Assembly (NCBI GenBank): GCA_031459915.1
Contig: JAVKHO010000010.1
Location: 1-64,000, forward strand
Length of the DNA: 64,000 nt
Source of the DNA: Candidatus Tepidifontimicrobium thermophilum
GTDB taxonomy: Bacteria; Sysuimicrobiota; Sysuimicrobiia; Sysuimicrobiales; Sysuimicrobiaceae
Direction: 5' to 3'
Every line of letters begins with the position of its first letter. Within the stretch, counting starts at the first letter, position 1. A model generated the notes under the pieces. That model searched no databases and was not told the DNA's origin. It saw only the letters and a list, made by a program, of their open reading frames with translations. This document shows positions 60,293 to 64,000 of this stretch, one piece after another. Position numbers and translations under genes: made by a program.

Positions 60293-61165
60293 ATGGAGGA
60301 CGTGCGGGCCATCGACTTCATGTACTACGTAGCGACCCCGGAGTTCATCGCGCGGTGGAACAAGGCCAAGGAGGGGGAGCTGGTCTGCCGCATGGAGCGG
60401 GCCCTGGGCGGCAGCCTGCCCAGCTTCCCCAGCTTCGAGGCCATGCTGGCGGCCATGGACGAGGCCGGGGTGGAGAAGGTGTTCATCACCCAGTGCAAGA
60501 TGTGGTCCCACCGCAACCACTGGATGTACATGGACACCCGGCTGGAGGAGGTCCTGCAGTACACCACCCGCTACCCCGACCGGTTCGTGGGGCTGGCGGG
60601 CTACAACCCGTACCGGATCACGGAGAGCCTGCAGGAGATCGAGCGGGCGGTCAAGCAGCACGGGTTCAAGGGGGTGTACGTCCACATCTACGGCTTCGAC
60701 ATCCCCCTCCACGACCGACGCATGTACCCCCTGTACGCCAAGTGCGTGGAGCTGGACGTCCCGGTGTCCATGCAGGTGGGACACGTGCTGGAGGGCATGC
60801 CCTCGGAGCACGGCCGTCCGATTTACCTGGACCGGATCCTCTGCGACTTCCCGACCCTGAAGGTGGTGGGGGCCCACACGGGCTGGCCCTGGGTGGAGGA
60901 GCTCATCTCCGTGTGCTACAAGTGGGAGACCGTGTGGATCGGCATCGACGCATGGATGCCCAAGTACCTGAAGCCGGAGCTGGTGCAGTTCATGAACAGC
61001 CGCCTGGGCCAGGACCGGTGCCTGTGGGGGACCAACGGGCTGCCGTGGAAGCAGAGCCTGGAGCAGCTCCGGGCCCTGGGGCTGAAGCCTGAGGTGTACC
61101 GGAAGGTGGTGCGGGACAACGCCGTCGAACTGTTCCGGCTGGAGGTCCCCGTGCGGGCCGGCTAG
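60293..61165 (+). CDS. Amidohydrolase family (Amidohydro_2) TIM-barrel protein
   Basis: YPDRFVG, YPLYAKCVELDVP, QVGH, GAHTGWPW, WGTNG. Confidence 0.85.
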   Translation: MEDVRAIDFMYYVATPEFIARWNKAKEGELVCRMERALGGSLPSFPSFEAMLAAMDEAGVEKVFITQCKMWSHRNHWMYMDTRLEEVLQYTTRYPDRFVGLAGYNPYRITESLQEIERAVKQHGFKGVYVHIYGFDIPLHDRRMYPLYAKCVELDVPVSMQVGHVLEGMPSEHGRPIYLDRILCDFPTLKVVGAHTGWPWVEELISVCYKWETVWIGIDAWMPKYLKPELVQFMNSRLGQDRCLWGTNGLPWKQSLEQLRALGLKPEVYRKVVRDNAVELFRLEVPVRAG

Positions 61166-61212
61166 GCGTCGTCTGCGGCCGGGACCCCGACCATCCTGAG
61201 GCGGAGGGGAGC

Positions 61213-61968
61213 ATGGAGTTCCAGGATCGCGTGGCGCTGGTCACGGGCGGGGCGAGCGGCATCGGTCGGGCAACCTGCCTGGCCCTGGCCGCTCGAGGGG
61301 CGCGGGTGGCGGTGGCGGACATCAACGCGCAGGGTGCCGAACAGGTGGCCGAGGAGATCCGACGCCAGGACCGGGAAGCCCTGGCCGTGGGCATGGACGT
61401 CACGAACCGGGCCCACGTGGCCCAGGCGGTGCAGCAGGTCCTGGATCGCTGGGGCCGGGTGGACGTGCTCATTAACGCCGCGGGTTGGGATCGCATCGTT
61501 CCCTTCCTGGAGAGCACCGAGGACCTGTGGGACCGGGTGATCAACATCAACTTCCGCGGGGTGCTGAACACCTGTCACGTGGTCCTGCCCCACATGGTGC
61601 AGCGGGGCGGCGGGGTGGTGGTGAACATCAGCTCCGACGCGGGGCGCGTGGGCTCTTCAGGCGAGACCGTGTACTCGGGCGCCAAGGGGGCCGTGATCGC
61701 CTTCAGCAAGGCCCTGGCGCGGGAGGTGGCGCGCCACAACATCCGGGTGAACGTGGTGGCGCCGGGCATCACGGACACTCCCCTGCTGCAGCAGATCATC
61801 CAGGCGGGCAACGAGAAGCTCATCGACGCCATCGTCCGCAGCACCCCCCTGCGCCGCATGGCCCGGCCCGAGGAGGTGGCGGAGGCGGTGGTGTTCCTGG
61901 CCTCCGACCGGGCTTCGTTCATCACCGGCCAGACCCTGAGCGTCTCGGGCGGCCTCACCATGGTGTAG
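61213..61968 (+). CDS. SDR, BadH-like (2-hydroxycyclohexanecarbonyl-CoA dehydrogenase family)
   Basis: TGGASGIG, NAAGWD, SSDAGRVGSSGE.VYSGAKG, TGQTLSVSGGLTM. Confidence 0.85.
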   Translation: MEFQDRVALVTGGASGIGRATCLALAARGARVAVADINAQGAEQVAEEIRRQDREALAVGMDVTNRAHVAQAVQQVLDRWGRVDVLINAAGWDRIVPFLESTEDLWDRVININFRGVLNTCHVVLPHMVQRGGGVVVNISSDAGRVGSSGETVYSGAKGAVIAFSKALAREVARHNIRVNVVAPGITDTPLLQQIIQAGNEKLIDAIVRSTPLRRMARPEEVAEAVVFLASDRASFITGQTLSVSGGLTMV

Positions 61969-61970
61969 CC

Positions 61971-62513
61971 GTGCGGTCCACAGAGGAGCTGGTCCGAGAC
62001 CACGAGGTGATCCTGGGCGTTCTGGACGGGCTGGAAGCGCGCCTGCGGGCCGTGCAGGCCGGCGGCAGCCTGGACCCCGGCTACGTCCGCGAGGCGGTGG
62101 CCTTCAGCCAGGGCTTCGTGGATCGCTGCCACCACGGCAAGGAGGAGCACTGCCTGTTCCCGTGCCTGGAGCGGCGGGGAGTGCCCCGGGAGGGCGGCCC
62201 CATCGGCGTGATGCTGGCCGAACACGAGACGGGGCGCCAGCTGGTCCGGAGGATCGCGGAAGCGGTGGACCGGTACGAGGCAGGCCGCGGAGACCTGGGG
62301 GAGGTGGTGGACCTGGCCTGGCAGTACGTGGAGCTGCTGCGGGCCCACATCGCGAAGGAGAACGAGGTCCTGTTCCCCATGGGGGAGGCGGTGCTGCACC
62401 CGTCCGATGACGCGGACGTGGGCCGCTGCTATGATGGGGTGGAACATCAGCAGGGAGCGGAGGAGCACCGACGGCTGACGCAGCTGGCCGCGCGCCTGAG
62501 CAGACCGTCGTAG
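61971..62513 (+). CDS. Hemerythrin-like (HHE) protein
   Basis: DH, CHHGKEE..LFP, GGPIGVMLAEH, HIAKENEVLFP. Confidence 0.88.
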   Translation: MRSTEELVRDHEVILGVLDGLEARLRAVQAGGSLDPGYVREAVAFSQGFVDRCHHGKEEHCLFPCLERRGVPREGGPIGVMLAEHETGRQLVRRIAEAVDRYEAGRGDLGEVVDLAWQYVELLRAHIAKENEVLFPMGEAVLHPSDDADVGRCYDGVEHQQGAEEHRRLTQLAARLSRPS

Positions 62514-62539
62514 ACCCCAGCGCTGGCCTCCGGCCGCCG

Positions 62540-63142
62540 GTGGCGGCGCTGGAGGCGCAGCTGTCGCCGAAGCAGGAGCACCTGCTCCGCTGCACGTACC
62601 AGGTGCTGGCGGAGGGGGGCCTGCGGGGTCTTTCCCTGCAGCGGGTCGCGGATCGGGCGCAGGTCAGCAAGGGGATCCTGCTCTATTACTTCGGGACCAA
62701 GGAGAACCTGGTCCTGGCCACGCTGCGGTGGGTGCTGGCGCGGGTGGCCCGGCGCATCTACGCCGCGGTGCGGCGGGCCCGCACCCCCGAGGAGAAGATC
62801 CAGGCTACCATCGACGCCATCTTCGTGGATCCCAAAGCCAACCGGGACTTCTACCTCGTCTACACGGACCTGCTGAGCAGCGCCGCCCGGCAGCACCGGT
62901 TCCAGGAGCTGAGCGCTACCTTCCGGGGCATTGTGGACGCCGTGTACGGCCAGATCATCGAGGAGGGCGTGCGGGCAGGGGCCTTCCGGGTTCGGGACGT
63001 ACAGGAAGCCGCGGCGGTGATGCGGGCCCTGGTGGACGGTCTGTTCCTCCAGTGGCTGCAGGAGCCCGACCCTGAGGCCACCCACGCCCAGACCCGGGAG
63101 CGCTGTAAGCACGCCCTGTTCACCTACCTGCGGGGCTCCTGA
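62540..63142 (+). CDS. TetR-family transcriptional regulator
   Basis: SLQRVADRAQVSKGILLYYFGTKENL; BetI-like C-terminus. Confidence 0.92.
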   Translation: MAALEAQLSPKQEHLLRCTYQVLAEGGLRGLSLQRVADRAQVSKGILLYYFGTKENLVLATLRWVLARVARRIYAAVRRARTPEEKIQATIDAIFVDPKANRDFYLVYTDLLSSAARQHRFQELSATFRGIVDAVYGQIIEEGVRAGAFRVRDVQEAAAVMRALVDGLFLQWLQEPDPEATHAQTRERCKHALFTYLRGS

Positions 63143-63237
63143 CCGCGTGGGCGCTCGCCCTTGGGAATAGGGCCAGGCCCCGGACTGGTCCGTTTGCACC
63201 GGGTCGGCTGCGCTACCAAATCCGCGCAGGCTGGGCA

Positions 63238-63266
63238 TTGCGCGCGCCCCGTAGGGTCCTTAGCAT
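63238..63266 (+). promoter_or_regulatory. Sigma-70-like promoter, probably leaderless IclR transcript
   Basis: TTGCGC-N17-TAGCAT, with ATG 8 nt downstream and no SD. Confidence 0.5.
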
Positions 63267-63274
63267 CGCGGCAA

Positions 63275-63940
63275 ATGCTGCTGACGGTGTTACGGGCGGG
63301 TGCGGTGCTGAGCCTGTTTGACGCCGCACACCCAGAGCGTACCCTGAGCGAGGTGGCAGAAGCGCTGGGGCTGCCGCGGTCCACGGTGCACGCCCTGCTT
63401 AAGACCCTGTGCGCGGCGGGACTGCTGCGCCGTACGCCCTCGCGACGGTACGCGTTGGGCACCCGGCTGCACGCGCTGTCCGCGGAGCTCCTGGCCACAG
63501 AGCCAGGGCTGGCGAACGCCGGCAAGCTGGTGGAGGATCTGGCGGCTACCTGGGGCGGGGTGGCGCGCCTCCTGGCGGTGGATCCCGCCTGGGGCCTAGT
63601 GGAGGTGCTGCGGGCCGAAGCTGCCGACGCCGACAGGCGGGTGCGGGTTACCCCGCACCGCTGCCAGGCGGTGGCGGACGCTGTGGCCGCGGGGGAAGGG
63701 GCACAGGGGTGCTGGACCGACGTGGAGGTCACACAGCCGGGGTGGTGCTGCGTGGCCGCAGTCCTGAGGGGAACGTTGGGGGCGCTGGTGCTGGAGCTGA
63801 CCCTCCCCGCGACACGCTTCTACGGGCACGCGGCGGCGGTGCGGGCGTCCGTGTTGTCCGCGTGTGGGTACCGCCTCGCCCAGGTGATCCCCCTGGTGCC
63901 CTGCCAGGCCTCCGCCCGGCGAACTCAGCTGGCTCGGTAG
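63275..63940 (+). CDS. IclR-family regulator (divergent effector domain)
   Basis: TLSEVAEALGLPRSTVHALLKTL..YALG; C-terminal 'EVTQPGWCCVAA'. Confidence 0.82.
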   Translation: MLLTVLRAGAVLSLFDAAHPERTLSEVAEALGLPRSTVHALLKTLCAAGLLRRTPSRRYALGTRLHALSAELLATEPGLANAGKLVEDLAATWGGVARLLAVDPAWGLVEVLRAEAADADRRVRVTPHRCQAVADAVAAGEGAQGCWTDVEVTQPGWCCVAAVLRGTLGALVLELTLPATRFYGHAAAVRASVLSACGYRLAQVIPLVPCQASARRTQLAR

Positions 63941-64000
63941 ACCTCCCCCTTCGTCGCAGCGCACCGGGTCGCTCCGCTCTGGGGACCAGGGCCCAGACGC

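Noticed and set aside
35458..63940. Aromatic cluster as a recently mobile island
   Set aside because: No integrase, transposase, tRNA or flanking direct repeat seen, and no visible compositional shift.
1..64000. Many long overlapping or antisense ORFs rich in R/G/P/A in the track
   Set aside because: Shadow ORFs typical of ~70% GC DNA; no motifs, and they overlap well-supported genes.

Overview
High-GC (about 70%), gene-dense bacterial chromosome segment. I recognised no tRNA, rRNA, CRISPR array, integrase or transposase. It has five parts. (1) 1-7.1 kb: mixed genes: ECF sigma, TatA, polysaccharide deacetylase, AI-2E transporter, RNase H-like exonuclease, methyltransferases, and a DUF2207 remnant. 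(2) 7.2-20.4 kb: translationally coupled purine operon purD-A-B-C-S-Q-L-F-M-N-H-apt, without purE/purK. (3) 20.4-24.3 kb: two c-di-GMP genes. (4) 24.4-34.0 kb: group 3b-type [NiFe]-hydrogenase operon with partial maturation genes and a peptide/nickel ABC module, followed by guaB. (5) 35.5-63.9 kb: a roughly 28 kb anaerobic aromatic-acid catabolism island. It carries ubiX, two class III CoA-transferase subunits, four different UbiD (de)carboxylases (the first phthaloyl-CoA decarboxylase-like), a 4-hydroxybenzoyl-CoA reductase-like Mo enzyme, a CoA ligase, Abm-like beta-oxidation genes, dienoyl-CoA hydratase, class I benzoyl-CoA reductase, an amidohydrolase and a BadH-like SDR. The canonical Had/Oah ring-opening genes are not in the window. 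This island is the best candidate for an undescribed system. All family calls come from motif recognition by eye; no database search was run.
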